From the IMG/VR virus record IMGVR_UViG_3300009152_000050, positions 1-62,942 of that record: 62,942 nt of DNA; one strand, written 5' to 3'. The number at the start of each line of letters is the position of its first letter. The first letter of the stretch is position 1. This DNA is from a virus (lineage: Duplodnaviria; Caudoviricetes). The notes beneath the pieces are model-generated. The model had not been told where the DNA came from, did not search any database, and saw only the letters and a list, made by a program, of their open reading frames with translations. A program made the position numbers and the translations under genes. Positions 27,713 to 38,830 of the stretch are shown in pieces.

Positions 27713-29119
27713 TTATAAATCTAATTCTAATGGATTATTTTCTGTTTTTGTTTTAGGTGCTGCCCCTACTTGTGTTCTTTTTAACTGCCCCTTGTTCATT
27801 TTAGTAGTAACCCCACCTATCCTTGAAAACTTATTAGCAAGTGCTTCATCCCTATCTACTTGCCTACCTGCTGCATCAAATAATGCTCCGTTTTCTATTT
27901 TTAAATATAATTTGCCGTTCCTGATTATTGGCGGTACTTTATATTGTCCTCTTGCATCCATCTTCCCTATCAAGTCCTCTGTTTCTGCGGCAGATAACCC
28001 TTCAAGGCTTGCTAATTTTTCGGTTTCTGTTGTTGTTGGGCTAAGCGGATTATTAGGATTGCTACCATATACCACTTTAGGCAAATCTACTACATTAACA
28101 GCTACAACATCATAAGGGTCTGTTACTTGGTTTAATATAGCACTTAATCTCCTGTTTTTATTTTGTTCAGATATTGTTTGCTTCTCTAATGCGTTTTTAC
28201 GCCTTATTTCTATTAGTTCTTTTTTAAGTTTTTGTGCATAGTTAGGGTCTGTAACCTTTACTTCTTGCATTGATTCTTTTGTTCTTAAAATAGCGTCTGC
28301 TTGTGCGGCTTGTTTTGGGGTTTCTATTACTTTATCCTTTCCGTAAACCTCTTGATAAGCATCATTAGCTTGTGTCATAAAGGTTTTATCTGTCATTAAA
28401 TTTTTGTAATGCTTTCTTGCTATTTTACTACCCTCAAATAAATTCCCTGCATTTGTCGCAATAGACTGTATAGATTCAGGTGCATATCCCATTGGAATAA
28501 ATACACTTCCTGTTACTTCATCTACTCTTGCATTTTTTTCATCGTATGTAGGCTTTGATTTTCCTATTGCTGCGTTAAAAAATTGTGTTTGCTTTTGAGG
28601 GTCAAAGTCAGGTATTGCTTTTGACGTATCTGCCCATCCATATTCACTAACTCCATCATCTTTATAAGATGCAGGGTCATATATTGACCTATGTATTTTA
28701 TCTATAATTGGCAAATCTTCTTCTTCGGGGTTATATGTACCTTCAAACTTAGCCTTACCCATTTCTAATTCTGTCTTTGCTCTTGCTTTTGATTGCGCTA
28801 TTTTATTTAAAATGGATTGGTATTTACTCATATACTGCTGCTGTGGCATACCTCCACTCTTAATGTTTCTCTTATCAGCCATTGCGTCAATCTTCCACTG
28901 CTCAATATCTCTTAATATCCCTCCGTTTTCACTTTCTAAATCTTGTTTTCTAACTCCTGCTGTATTTAGGCTATCCCCTAATTTATTATAGTATTGGTTT
29001 AATGCTTCATCCTGTGCATTTTTTTGTGCTTGTGCTTTTTGCAAAGCCACTCTATAAGGAGTAGTATCAAATATACCTTGACCGCCTGAATATAATGTAG
29101 AAGGATTAATTAATGCCAT
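27713..29119 (-). CDS. Putative internal virion/ejection protein
   Basis: Position and helical Q/K/A-rich composition. Confidence 0.55.
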   Translation of the reverse strand: MALINPSTLYSGGQGIFDTTPYRVALQKAQAQKNAQDEALNQYYNKLGDSLNTAGVRKQDLESENGGILRDIEQWKIDAMADKRNIKSGGMPQQQYMSKYQSILNKIAQSKARAKTELEMGKAKFEGTYNPEEEDLPIIDKIHRSIYDPASYKDDGVSEYGWADTSKAIPDFDPQKQTQFFNAAIGKSKPTYDEKNARVDEVTGSVFIPMGYAPESIQSIATNAGNLFEGSKIARKHYKNLMTDKTFMTQANDAYQEVYGKDKVIETPKQAAQADAILRTKESMQEVKVTDPNYAQKLKKELIEIRRKNALEKQTISEQNKNRRLSAILNQVTDPYDVVAVNVVDLPKVVYGSNPNNPLSPTTTETEKLASLEGLSAAETEDLIGKMDARGQYKVPPIIRNGKLYLKIENGALFDAAGRQVDRDEALANKFSRIGGVTTKMNKGQLKRTQVGAAPKTKTENNPLELDL

Positions 29120-29151
29120 TTTTTTATTTATTTTAATATCCGAATTAAACT

Positions 29152-29718
29152 TTATACTACTGGGGTGTCAGTTTTTTTGAATTGACCAGCCATTCCTGCA
29201 ACATCACTTAACCCTCCAAATATGTTTTGCAATCCCATATTTTTAGTTCTTGCTGCTTGTCCTGCTTTTGCTGCAAGTAGGTTATACTTCATTTCAAATG
29301 GGTATTTCTGCTCTTGTGTTTTCATACCTGCTGCTTGTCCTAATCTACTAAGGTCTTGTCCTTGTTGTTGTTCTGCTTGTGCTGCTGCTCTTGCACTTGC
29401 ATCATTAGAGCCTTGTACTAAGCCACCAATAGTAGCTAATCCACCCCTTCTGTTTTGTGATGCACCTATTCCTGTCGCTAAGTTACGACCTATTTGATTA
29501 GTTTGTTGTCTATATGCAGCACTATTATATGCGTTTGGGTCATATTTAGCTAATGCCTTGTTGTAGAAATCCATTATAGATTCATTAGGCTTATAGGTAT
29601 CTGCAAACCTTTCTAATTTACGATTGGCTTTCTTTTCGCCACTAAATAATGTTTGAAGCCCACCACCTATTGTTTTTAATGCTCCCGAAGCTAATGATGC
29701 GATTGTTAACGGATCCAT
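29152..29718 (-). CDS. Putative small ejection (pilot) protein
   Basis: MDPLTIASL.. G/A/Q-rich, typical of podoviral ejection proteins. Confidence 0.6.
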   Translation of the reverse strand: MDPLTIASLASGALKTIGGGLQTLFSGEKKANRKLERFADTYKPNESIMDFYNKALAKYDPNAYNSAAYRQQTNQIGRNLATGIGASQNRRGGLATIGGLVQGSNDASARAAAQAEQQQGQDLSRLGQAAGMKTQEQKYPFEMKYNLLAAKAGQAARTKNMGLQNIFGGLSDVAGMAGQFKKTDTPVV

Positions 29719-29738
29719 AATGATTTATTTTTATTATT

Positions 29739-32700
29739 TTATCTATTATTTAATGCTGAATCAGTAAACCTTAAACTTACTATATTCAAAGATACTAAAT
29801 TACTTGCATTTGCGTTATTCATTTTTATCTTTATCCAATCTCCTTTTAATGTGCTACCCCCTTCTATCCCTCCTATGCTATTACTATCTCTTAAAAGTGC
29901 TGCACACCACTTACCTTCTAATGGCTTAAAATCTTCTGCTACAAGGTTACTTTGTTGTGGTGTAGTGCCATAACTCATTAATGATGTTTCTATTTCAGGA
30001 CAACTCCATACATTACTTGACTTTTCTTCATAAGCTAAGAATGACTTAACCGCCCCTGATGCTTGGTTAAATACTGGTGTTATACTGCTTTCGTACTGCA
30101 CTCCATAAAAATTATTATACGTGCTGCTATCATGTGTGTATAATGCACCATTTTTAAAACTTACAAATAGAGTTCCCAATGTAGTCATCATTTCGGGTTG
30201 CAATGAAATAAAGCTATCAAATGTATTACTTTCTTCGTCAAATATTAAGGTTGCTGCTGCATCTGTTCCTGTTGCTTCTAATGCTACTACATAGTTGTTT
30301 AGTCTTTGGTCAAATGCTCCATAAACTTTATAATTACCTGTTCTTAGTGGTAGCTTTTCTGTTGCCCATGAGTTTATTTTATAAGTTACAGATATAGGGT
30401 TTAGTCCATCATTACTTATCCTACAAACCTCTCCTACTACGTTAGTAGTAAAGTAATCCGCAAAGTTATAAGATGCTAAACTTTCAGCGTGTTCACCTAT
30501 CCCTTTATTACCTGCATAGTATTGTATAGGGTTAAGTAACTTATCTGTAACTACTAATAGTTGTGTACCGTCTGCGTTCTTTGAAATCTGATTAAAGATA
30601 GGTACACTACCCACCTTAAACTTTTGGAAAACACGAATATATCTATCCCTTGTTTTTACTCTCATTATATCTCCTGCACTTAGATCATATTCATCAAAGT
30701 TTAATGGAAAGAACCGATTTAACCCATTGATATTAGTATTAGGTTGAAACGCTTGTCCAAATCTTACCATTGCAGAATAGTATGCTCTCCTTGCATTTTC
30801 ATCTACTATATTAGGTCTGCCATCTATACTGTTTACTGCACTTATATAAAAATCTACAAGGTTTCTGTCAAGTACATTAAATGTTTGAGTAGAAGATATG
30901 CCTGTTTCTGCTACTTTTAAATTCCTTTGCCTAAAATAAGCATCACCATTGTAAAAATTAAATTCGGCAGGTACTTTTGTAGCTATATCTTGGTCGGTTA
31001 CTTGTCCAGCATGATACCTTGTGCTTAGTGTTGGATTTAATATTCTATATTCTTCTCCAAACTCATAATATACTTGATTTTCGCTACCCGCTAATTGTTG
31101 TGAAGGTCTGTATATCTGAATTACAAAATTATCAGAAGTAAATAAACCATCATTAAATGGAGATGATTTTCTTGTTTTTACAAACGTACCCGGCACAGGA
31201 ACTCCATTAATTTTAGGGTCAACCACAAGTCCTTCTATTGCCGCATCGTATGTATCGTTAAAGACTACATCAGTAAACACATTCCTTATTAACCTTAATC
31301 TATCCCCGTCTTGAAATGTATAACTTAATACTGCTGCTGTTGTTGGAAATTTATCCTGATTTAATTTGATGTTACTTACATCATAATATAGATAATTATC
31401 TTCCGCTTTATTAACTGCTACTGTAACCCAATACAAATAATTTGTATTTTCTTTTGTCAATACCCATTGATAGCTATATGCCCAATCGGGAGGGGTATGA
31501 TATATTTTAGAATTGATATATGGTAATAAAACTTCTTGACTAACATTTTCTGCATAGGCAGGGAAAGTTACTTTGCTATTATAAAGCACTCCATTAGTTT
31601 TGCCTTTTTGGTCAAAATATACAAGTCCTATTCTTCTTTCAGTAGAGAATGGAAATGTAGCTATTGAATTTGTAGTAGCGGATGATGCAGGTGCAGAAAT
31701 ATCTAAAGCAGAAAAAGCATACACAGTAGTATAATAGAAAAACCTAACCATACCAATAGCGGGATTTGATAAGAAGCTAACATCAGCTATCCCTATTGCA
31801 ATAATACTTGCTTGTATCTTTGTTGCTACTGTGGTAGCTGTATCTCCTGCTACTGTGGTTACGGATGCAGCATCAAGTATAGCACTATCAGACAACCTTC
31901 TTAGTTTTATTTTTACTGTTGTACCTACTGCTGGTAATCCTGTAAATGTAACTTGATACTCTCTCCCAATGATAAGAATTGGCCCTAAATCAACTAATGC
32001 CCCACTAAGACTTCCTGTGGAAGTTCCACCCCCGGCTGCTATTGTATCTACTTGTATATTTACATTTGGCTCTAAATCTCTATTATACCCTTCTGTTATT
32101 CCCCAATATGTTAATACATTACCATTTGCAAGTTCTTGTGCATTTGCCTTTTCGGGTACTGCGTCAAACAATAAAATACTTTCAGAAATATCAATATTTG
32201 GATATACCCCATCATTGTAAAATGAATAAGGGAAATCTACATTTTCTACAAATACACCACTTGGTTCTACTAATGTAGTAGTGTTATATTCATAAAGTGC
32301 AATATCAAATAATAGGTATAATGTACCTTGTACATTTGTTGCAAGTGATATTCCTAATGCTCCAGCACTTACCGCTAATGCTGTTGCTACTGTATTTGCA
32401 TTATCTCCCGCTATTGTGGTATAGGTGGCTGCTGTTACTATTGCATTGTCAGATAATCTTTTAAACTTAATTGTTACTACTGTACCTGCTTTTGGTAATC
32501 CTCTAAATTCATAAGCATAAGTAGTTGTTAATGGTAGTTCCGCATATACTGTTGCCTCTACTGTAAATGCAGTATTAATACTTTCTACTAATACAAAATC
32601 ACTCCAATCATTACTTTTTTCTACAAAGGACATTCCTAATTCTACTGCCTTTACATTTTTACTGCCACTATTCAATGATAGTCTTACTACGTTATTATTT

Positions 32701-33413
32701 GTAATTACGCTTGTATAAGTATCAGTTAAGATATTTACAGGCAATGGAACTGCGCTTATTGGACTAAATGTACTTTTTTCAAGGTCATCATATACGTATC
32801 TATACTTAAATCTAAATAGTTTATTTCTTAAATTATTTGCCCTTCTATCTACATCATTACCATAAAGATTACTTGGTGGTGATAGTGGAGGCATTTTTGC
32901 TACATCAATAATATTCCTTTCTACGGGTGTGTACATCCCCGCTTTAAAACTTTGAATATTTAATCCCGTTGGCCTACCTAAGCTATCTAAGAAATAAAGT
33001 AAATCACCTTCTGTTTCTCTTGGTAATACGTTTATGCTTGTTATCTTTTCGTGTTGTGTAAATCCTAAAATATCTACACTTCCTGTATCTGTTAAGTTTT
33101 CAAGTATAGGGGTAATTGTCCTTGTTGTGTTATTGTATTCTAAAATTAAATGCAGATTAGTGCTATTCCATACAAAGTAGATAATAGTATTTCTTAGTGT
33201 ATTAGGGTATGCTCCTATAACTTTATTTGTTCCTGCTGGTAATGTATAATCTACTAACTGATTACCTACTATATTTGTTATTACTAAATCATTAGAACCC
33301 TCTACTGCATCCTTAGTAATATTAAGTGCATCTATATATGCGTTTGGTTGTACCCTATATGGGCTATCATCCAAATTAAGTCCTGCACTAAAATCACTTT
33401 TTATACTTTGCAT
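29739..33413 (-). CDS. Tail stabilisation/nozzle protein
   Basis: 1224 aa beta-rich; GLNLDDSP...YIDALN start; KPLEGKW...G.W C-terminus. Confidence 0.7.
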   Translation of the reverse strand: MQSIKSDFSAGLNLDDSPYRVQPNAYIDALNITKDAVEGSNDLVITNIVGNQLVDYTLPAGTNKVIGAYPNTLRNTIIYFVWNSTNLHLILEYNNTTRTITPILENLTDTGSVDILGFTQHEKITSINVLPRETEGDLLYFLDSLGRPTGLNIQSFKAGMYTPVERNIIDVAKMPPLSPPSNLYGNDVDRRANNLRNKLFRFKYRYVYDDLEKSTFSPISAVPLPVNILTDTYTSVITNNNVVRLSLNSGSKNVKAVELGMSFVEKSNDWSDFVLVESINTAFTVEATVYAELPLTTTYAYEFRGLPKAGTVVTIKFKRLSDNAIVTAATYTTIAGDNANTVATALAVSAGALGISLATNVQGTLYLLFDIALYEYNTTTLVEPSGVFVENVDFPYSFYNDGVYPNIDISESILLFDAVPEKANAQELANGNVLTYWGITEGYNRDLEPNVNIQVDTIAAGGGTSTGSLSGALVDLGPILIIGREYQVTFTGLPAVGTTVKIKLRRLSDSAILDAASVTTVAGDTATTVATKIQASIIAIGIADVSFLSNPAIGMVRFFYYTTVYAFSALDISAPASSATTNSIATFPFSTERRIGLVYFDQKGKTNGVLYNSKVTFPAYAENVSQEVLLPYINSKIYHTPPDWAYSYQWVLTKENTNYLYWVTVAVNKAEDNYLYYDVSNIKLNQDKFPTTAAVLSYTFQDGDRLRLIRNVFTDVVFNDTYDAAIEGLVVDPKINGVPVPGTFVKTRKSSPFNDGLFTSDNFVIQIYRPSQQLAGSENQVYYEFGEEYRILNPTLSTRYHAGQVTDQDIATKVPAEFNFYNGDAYFRQRNLKVAETGISSTQTFNVLDRNLVDFYISAVNSIDGRPNIVDENARRAYYSAMVRFGQAFQPNTNINGLNRFFPLNFDEYDLSAGDIMRVKTRDRYIRVFQKFKVGSVPIFNQISKNADGTQLLVVTDKLLNPIQYYAGNKGIGEHAESLASYNFADYFTTNVVGEVCRISNDGLNPISVTYKINSWATEKLPLRTGNYKVYGAFDQRLNNYVVALEATGTDAAATLIFDEESNTFDSFISLQPEMMTTLGTLFVSFKNGALYTHDSSTYNNFYGVQYESSITPVFNQASGAVKSFLAYEEKSSNVWSCPEIETSLMSYGTTPQQSNLVAEDFKPLEGKWCAALLRDSNSIGGIEGGSTLKGDWIKIKMNNANASNLVSLNIVSLRFTDSALNNR

Positions 33414-33685
33414 TATACTGGAGATTGTTCGGGTTCAGTTAATATAATTTTATTTTCATCAAGCAACGAATACTGCACATTTTGTATAATGATAACAGGA
33501 TTTGTTAAAGACTGTGGGTACAATATCCTATCTCCAACACTATACCCCAATGTATTAAAGTTCTTTTCTTCTATATACCCAAAAGTTAATAAATCAGAAT
33601 TTATAGGTAATGATATATTATATACACTTGCAGTTGGTGTAACTACAAGGTATGGCGGCTTTAAGTATATCTGTATTGGTAGCAT
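33413..33685 (-). CDS. Small hypothetical protein (possibly GroES-like fold)
   Basis: SVGDRILY motif; coupled on both sides. Confidence 0.5.
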   Translation of the reverse strand: MLPIQIYLKPPYLVVTPTASVYNISLPINSDLLTFGYIEEKNFNTLGYSVGDRILYPQSLTNPVIIIQNVQYSLLDENKIILTEPEQSPV

Positions 33686-34455
33686 TAAGTTTTAACTGTT
33701 AGTCTTGTACTTTCTAATGATGATTGATAACCGTCTTGTATTGAAAGTGGCTTATACCTAAGAACTGCCAATCGCCTTTCGTTATAATAATCATGCCTAC
33801 GATCTCTCTTATCCCCTAATGTACCCCTTCTGCTATTCGGTAGGCTTATTATATCTTTCCATCTTAGATAGGCTATAATCGCTTCCCTAAAGTGTATAGG
33901 TAGGAAGTAAGCCTCTCCCTCCTTTGGACTTGAAATGTATTCCAATATAAGATACTCGTACTTAAATGTTTCATTAAGTAATATAACTCCGTTTGCATTA
34001 TCAATTTTAAAACTCCCCACGAATGGCGCACCACTTGGTAATCCGTAAAGATTTCCAAAAGTACCATTATCATAGTAGTTATAAAATACTCCGCTTTGTG
34101 GGTTATAAATATTAGAAAGGCTATTATCTTGTGTTTTTGCAATTCTATCAGGTAATAAGTCAGCGTATGTTGTTAGTTTATTATTATAGTTAAGTGTTAC
34201 TACTTCACCTTTATCATTTAGTACTCCTACTTTTGAATAATTAAGATAATCACCGGGTAGTGTTACTGTAAGGTTTGAATTAATAGGTAGCTTTACAGAT
34301 TTAACCGAATAAAAGAAATCTAATCCTAATTCATCTAATGCTCTAAATGCCAAATTGAAGCACTTAAAATACTTATGCACTCCTTGTTCGGATTCATCAA
34401 GATAAAAGTTTATACATTCATCTAAATCTACCCATTGACGATTTTGTGTTGACAT
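33685..34455 (-). CDS. Tail ring/tubular structural protein
   Basis: LPGDYLNYSKVG...EAIIAYLRW; position. Confidence 0.65.
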   Translation of the reverse strand: MSTQNRQWVDLDECINFYLDESEQGVHKYFKCFNLAFRALDELGLDFFYSVKSVKLPINSNLTVTLPGDYLNYSKVGVLNDKGEVVTLNYNNKLTTYADLLPDRIAKTQDNSLSNIYNPQSGVFYNYYDNGTFGNLYGLPSGAPFVGSFKIDNANGVILLNETFKYEYLILEYISSPKEGEAYFLPIHFREAIIAYLRWKDIISLPNSRRGTLGDKRDRRHDYYNERRLAVLRYKPLSIQDGYQSSLESTRLTVKT

Positions 34456-34470
34456 TTCTCGCTTTTAGTT

Positions 34471-34737
34471 TTAATTAAGTGCTATAATGGCGACATCTTC
34501 CATCATATAAAATAGTTCTCCATCACATTCAATAGGCATACCCCAACCATGTACCCTATAACCAATATCACCTTTCTTTAACTTCATAGGTCTTTTACTT
34601 GTTCCGTTACCTACTGCCACTACTTCTACTTTATCTCCTTCCTTTACTAAGTTATCAGGAATATACAAACCACTTAATGTTGTATTTGTTCCCATAAACG
34701 CTTTTACTACTATCTTGTTTCCTATTGGCTTGACCAT
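34471..34737 (-). CDS. groES: GroES-like co-chaperonin
   Basis: KPIGNKIVVK, SGLYIPD, VVAVGNG, LKKGD motifs. Confidence 0.85.
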   Translation of the reverse strand: MVKPIGNKIVVKAFMGTNTTLSGLYIPDNLVKEGDKVEVVAVGNGTSKRPMKLKKGDIGYRVHGWGMPIECDGELFYMMEDVAIIALN

Positions 34738-35039
34738 AATACAGGTATTGTGTTTGTAAAGTTTTTTATATCCTGAAATTCATCTTCAATATTATCAAAG
34801 TAAATATCAGCATTTAACATTTGTAAAGTTTCTAATTTAGGTTTATGCGAACAATAAAAAACGCTATGCTCACTCATCCTAATTTTATCAAGTACTGGCT
34901 TTAATGCTTTTTTATTAAAATCATTATCTGTTCTTGCCGTTACTATATAAACTTCGTTTCCCTCTCTTATCAGTTTTTTTGCCAATGCTTGTAACCTAAT
35001 GTCATCAAGCGTTCCGTCATAATCAAAACATACTATCAT
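34722..35039 (-). CDS. Small HAD-superfamily phosphatase
   Basis: FDYDGTL, IVTAR, K, YFDN. Confidence 0.8.
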   Translation of the reverse strand: MIVCFDYDGTLDDIRLQALAKKLIREGNEVYIVTARTDNDFNKKALKPVLDKIRMSEHSVFYCSHKPKLETLQMLNADIYFDNIEDEFQDIKNFTNTIPVLWSSQ

Positions 35040-35042
35040 AAA

Positions 35043-35678
35043 TTATGTTGTCTTAATTGCTCCCGAACCATCATTTGCTGAATCCTCTGCCTGATTCCTT
35101 TCAAGTATTAATAATTTAGAACAATAATCTATAATTACAGGTATATAATCATCGGGTACAATTAATTCACTTGTTAAGTCAGAACTATTGCCACCGCTAA
35201 TCATTGTAACACTTGCAGTATATTCACTCATTAATATAGGAGTAAGTACTTTTGCATAGTTTCCTTCCACGTAATAAAGAACTTTATTGGGTACTCGCCT
35301 CATACCATTTACATACCCTGTTTGATTTGTAGATAAAGGTATTGCATCTATTGATACTTTGTTTAGTGTACTCTTAAATCTTATATTAGAAATACCTTCA
35401 TTCTTCCCTACTGCTGTTGGTATTTGTGGGAGTTCAAACTTCCATAAGAAGTTTTCGTCTTGCGTAATGGCTATACTTTTAAATGTAGTATAAAAACTAT
35501 TGTTTACATAGCCTACTCCATCTAATTGTATTGCCTCTTTGTAGTTTTGCTTTACTGCTAATGCTAACCCTTGATTTATATAAATATTAATCAGGTTATC
35601 AGTTATTTGTGAATCCTGTGTAGGTTGCCCATTATGGACTAACCTTGATATTTGCTCTATTAAATTTTGACGAACCAT
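35043..35678 (-). CDS. Tail ring/adaptor structural protein
   Basis: Position; VPDDYIPVIIDY C-terminus. Confidence 0.6.
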   Translation of the reverse strand: MVRQNLIEQISRLVHNGQPTQDSQITDNLINIYINQGLALAVKQNYKEAIQLDGVGYVNNSFYTTFKSIAITQDENFLWKFELPQIPTAVGKNEGISNIRFKSTLNKVSIDAIPLSTNQTGYVNGMRRVPNKVLYYVEGNYAKVLTPILMSEYTASVTMISGGNSSDLTSELIVPDDYIPVIIDYCSKLLILERNQAEDSANDGSGAIKTT

Positions 35679-35699
35679 TTTTGTACCTTTAAAGTGTCA

Positions 35700-36368
35700 T
35701 TATTGACCTGTATTTTTAATTTCATTGCTATATGCAATAACCTGATTCATTTGCAAATTTAAGCCAACTAATTGTAATGCCCTAACTATTATTTCTAAAA
35801 TTGAAACGTCATCCCATACAGGGTCAATACTATGTACTGCACTATAAACCCTTCTGCCATTACTATCAAGTACATAACCCCAATATATTGAAGGTGGCGT
35901 TTTTACATAACTCATTTTAGCTTGTGCTATTGTTGTTGGGGCAAACTCAAAACCTGTATCTTTTAGCATATAGATAGGATTGGTTGCTACGGGGTCTATC
36001 TTACTATTGTATGCAGAATACCATCTATCTTGGTCAACAAATCTTATTCTACTATACCCATATACACCCCACATACTATCTGTCTGTACATAATCAGCAG
36101 GATAAGGGGAAAATCCAGCACCATTGACGTTTAATGTGTACCCATAAATTACAGGTGTTAAGCGTTGTCTAACTACTGAATTTTGCCCTAATTCTACCCT
36201 TGCTACTGGCCTTCCAGCTTGGTACTGCTGTAAACTACCTAATAAAAATGAAACATAACTGTTTTGGGCTAAGTTTGACACACGATTAAATTCCTCGCTT
36301 GTTAAATACCCATTTTGAGATTTGTTTACGGCAAACTGCATCAACAAATACATATCATTTACAGTCAT
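35700..36368 (-). CDS. Tail ring/adaptor structural protein
   Basis: NKSQNGYLTSEEFN..AQ motif; position. Confidence 0.65.
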   Translation of the reverse strand: MTVNDMYLLMQFAVNKSQNGYLTSEEFNRVSNLAQNSYVSFLLGSLQQYQAGRPVARVELGQNSVVRQRLTPVIYGYTLNVNGAGFSPYPADYVQTDSMWGVYGYSRIRFVDQDRWYSAYNSKIDPVATNPIYMLKDTGFEFAPTTIAQAKMSYVKTPPSIYWGYVLDSNGRRVYSAVHSIDPVWDDVSILEIIVRALQLVGLNLQMNQVIAYSNEIKNTGQ

Positions 36369-36378
36369 GTTCTTTTTT

Positions 36379-37260
36379 TTATTTAACTACATTATTTAAT
36401 TGTTCTAAGAAAACTCTCCCTTCATCACTATTTGTCATTGCAAGTTCTACTAAATATTCTTGTGGTTTTCTTGATGCAGGTATTTTACCGATCATTCCAC
36501 CATTTGCCCATGATACATTTCCGTTTCCACCACCTAAATCAATCTTAGCATCTAATATCGCTTTTTTAACTAAGTACGCTACTTCTACTTCTTTTGAATT
36601 TAGATTTTGCTGAAACTTTTTAGGATCACGTTTTGCAAATAACATCAATTCCCTTCTTATTCCATCGTCTGTTTTAGGCTGTCCTAATTCATCATAGAAA
36701 ATAATACCAAAGAAGTTAGCTAATTTTCTTGCCTTACCGATTTCCATTTTACTTGCTTCAATAGCCATATCCATTTCAAGCATTTCTTTATCAAGTGCTA
36801 CTTGTTGTTGTTTTGCAGGGTTGTATTCAAAAAACTCATTTTTGCTACCGCCTCTGCGTGAAGGATTGTCTAACAAGTGTCTGCAATTATTAATAAAATC
36901 TAAGGTTAAAGAATCCCAATCTGGTACTCTTAAAACCCCACCTTCAAACTGCAAAGAACGTCTATTATTTCTAACATAGTCTTTATCTTTTAAAGTTTCT
37001 ACTAAGTCTGTTGCCCAAATACTATTTGCACCTGAAAGAAGCCATATCCTTTCCATTTTACCTGTTGTGGGATTTATTACATCATCTATCCCATCTATAT
37101 AAACTCTACCTTTTCTTTTGGTGTTTACTAATTTATAGATAATCCATTTTGTTTCGTTACTCTTTGAATTTTCTTCTGCTAAACGAGTAATTTCATTTGA
37201 TATATCTAATCCGTTTTGTGTGCCATTCATTGAATTTTGCACATCTTTTATTTTTGCCAT
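36379..37260 (-). CDS. Conserved capsid-adjacent hypothetical protein
   Basis: Follows the MCP; FAKRDPKKF motif. Confidence 0.6.
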   Translation of the reverse strand: MAKIKDVQNSMNGTQNGLDISNEITRLAEENSKSNETKWIIYKLVNTKRKGRVYIDGIDDVINPTTGKMERIWLLSGANSIWATDLVETLKDKDYVRNNRRSLQFEGGVLRVPDWDSLTLDFINNCRHLLDNPSRRGGSKNEFFEYNPAKQQQVALDKEMLEMDMAIEASKMEIGKARKLANFFGIIFYDELGQPKTDDGIRRELMLFAKRDPKKFQQNLNSKEVEVAYLVKKAILDAKIDLGGGNGNVSWANGGMIGKIPASRKPQEYLVELAMTNSDEGRVFLEQLNNVVK

Positions 37261-37311
37261 TTTTATTTATTTACTTTATGAATTTAATTCTCCTTCATCC
37301 CGAAGGCGTTT

Positions 37312-37346
37312 AAAAGAAGCACCCTCACGTTTTAAGCAAGGGTGCT
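37312..37346 (-). terminator. Terminator after the major capsid gene
   Basis: AGCACCCT...AGGGTGCT stem followed by TCTTTT on the minus strand. Confidence 0.6.
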
Positions 37347-37357
37347 ATCATATTTAA

Positions 37358-38785
37358 TTATGAACTTGTAACCTGAATAAACTGGTTAGCAGCTACTACT
37401 CTAACACCACGATAACAAACCATTTCAACATGATCTCTTAAAGTTCCGTCAGTTGGATTCAAAGAACCACCACCCCACTGCCATACACGAATACCATTAC
37501 CAGTTGTACCACCACGTTGAGGTTGTTGATACATAACTGTGATATTTTTGTAAGACTTAGTGCTGTCTTTGCTATCTCTTGAAGAACCTTGTGGGCAGAT
37601 AATACCATAGTTACGGAACGCATCAGTTGTTGGTGTTTTACCAGTTGTAACCTCTGTATTGAACTGTGAGTATTTCTTAACTCCGAATCTGTAACCATCA
37701 ATCATAATGCTTTGTACACCATAGTTGATATTTGCTTCTTCGGATTTTTCGTTGCTACCCCATACCCATGCACCTGCTGGGAACTCTTTAAAGATACCAT
37801 CAGAGAAGTTTTGACGTTGGTAAATATCTTGCAACCAAAGGTTATCTTTAGCGCAACCATTTACGTCCATGATACGAGTAATCTCATGCAATTTTGCAAT
37901 ATCCAAAGTACCCGGAGTGTAAGTTACATTTTCTCCACCTGCCTCAATTTGAGAAATGAAACCTTGTGTACCTACTGAATTGCTAAGTCCTGTGTTATTT
38001 TGAATATCACCACGCATTAATTTTTGCTCAATGTTATTCTTATAACGAGTGTTTGCTTTTACAAGTCCTTTCAAAGTGAAATAACTTGTTCCAGCTTGTC
38101 CACCACCTGCCATTTCAGAACCGCTTACACCACTATTGTAGTAAACTTCGGTCATTTCTGCAAGGTCAGTAGCACTCCATGATTCTCTCATTTCGGTAAC
38201 TGTACCTGTGTACTTTTTATCTAAATGAATCAATGGCTCAATAGAACTTGATGCTTCACCTACGTCCATGTTACCACCGAAAATCAATACTTCACTTGCC
38301 AATAGATTCAAAGAACCTGCTGATACAAATGCTTGTGTAGATTGCTTAGGTCTAACTGTGAAAGTAAATGCACTTGGAGTAGTATCATCTACTGCAAGGA
38401 TAACACCTTCTACGTTACTTGATGCAACTCTTACTGTTTCACCTGCTCTTAATGGAGATTCAGTTGTAGAGAAATAATCGGCTGCTGCGATAGACAAAGT
38501 AACTGTTGCTCCTGCTGCTGGTGCTACCACCGCAGTAAGGTTAGTTACGGCTACCATCAATTTACCTCTGTTCTCAAACCAAAAGAAATCTCTGTTTTTT
38601 ACTTCTTCCATGCCGCCATATGTCGCAAGCCACATGAAAAATTCTTCACTACCGTACTTTTCAACATATTTGTTGTAGTACTGTGGGGTCAATAACTGTA
38701 AGTCAGAGATTAACGCCCGATTCACTCCACCTTCTACGCTAATTGCGCCCGGTTGGAGGATGTTACTGGTTGGGATTCCTGCCAT
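37358..38785 (-). CDS. Major capsid protein
   Basis: 475 aa, downstream of portal and scaffold; F.W.E motif; followed by a terminator. Confidence 0.8.
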   Translation of the reverse strand: MAGIPTSNILQPGAISVEGGVNRALISDLQLLTPQYYNKYVEKYGSEEFFMWLATYGGMEEVKNRDFFWFENRGKLMVAVTNLTAVVAPAAGATVTLSIAAADYFSTTESPLRAGETVRVASSNVEGVILAVDDTTPSAFTFTVRPKQSTQAFVSAGSLNLLASEVLIFGGNMDVGEASSSIEPLIHLDKKYTGTVTEMRESWSATDLAEMTEVYYNSGVSGSEMAGGGQAGTSYFTLKGLVKANTRYKNNIEQKLMRGDIQNNTGLSNSVGTQGFISQIEAGGENVTYTPGTLDIAKLHEITRIMDVNGCAKDNLWLQDIYQRQNFSDGIFKEFPAGAWVWGSNEKSEEANINYGVQSIMIDGYRFGVKKYSQFNTEVTTGKTPTTDAFRNYGIICPQGSSRDSKDSTKSYKNITVMYQQPQRGGTTGNGIRVWQWGGGSLNPTDGTLRDHVEMVCYRGVRVVAANQFIQVTSS

Positions 38786-38830
38786 TTTAATAAATTTAAT
38801 TTTTTTAAAAAATAATTGTTGTTTTTACAA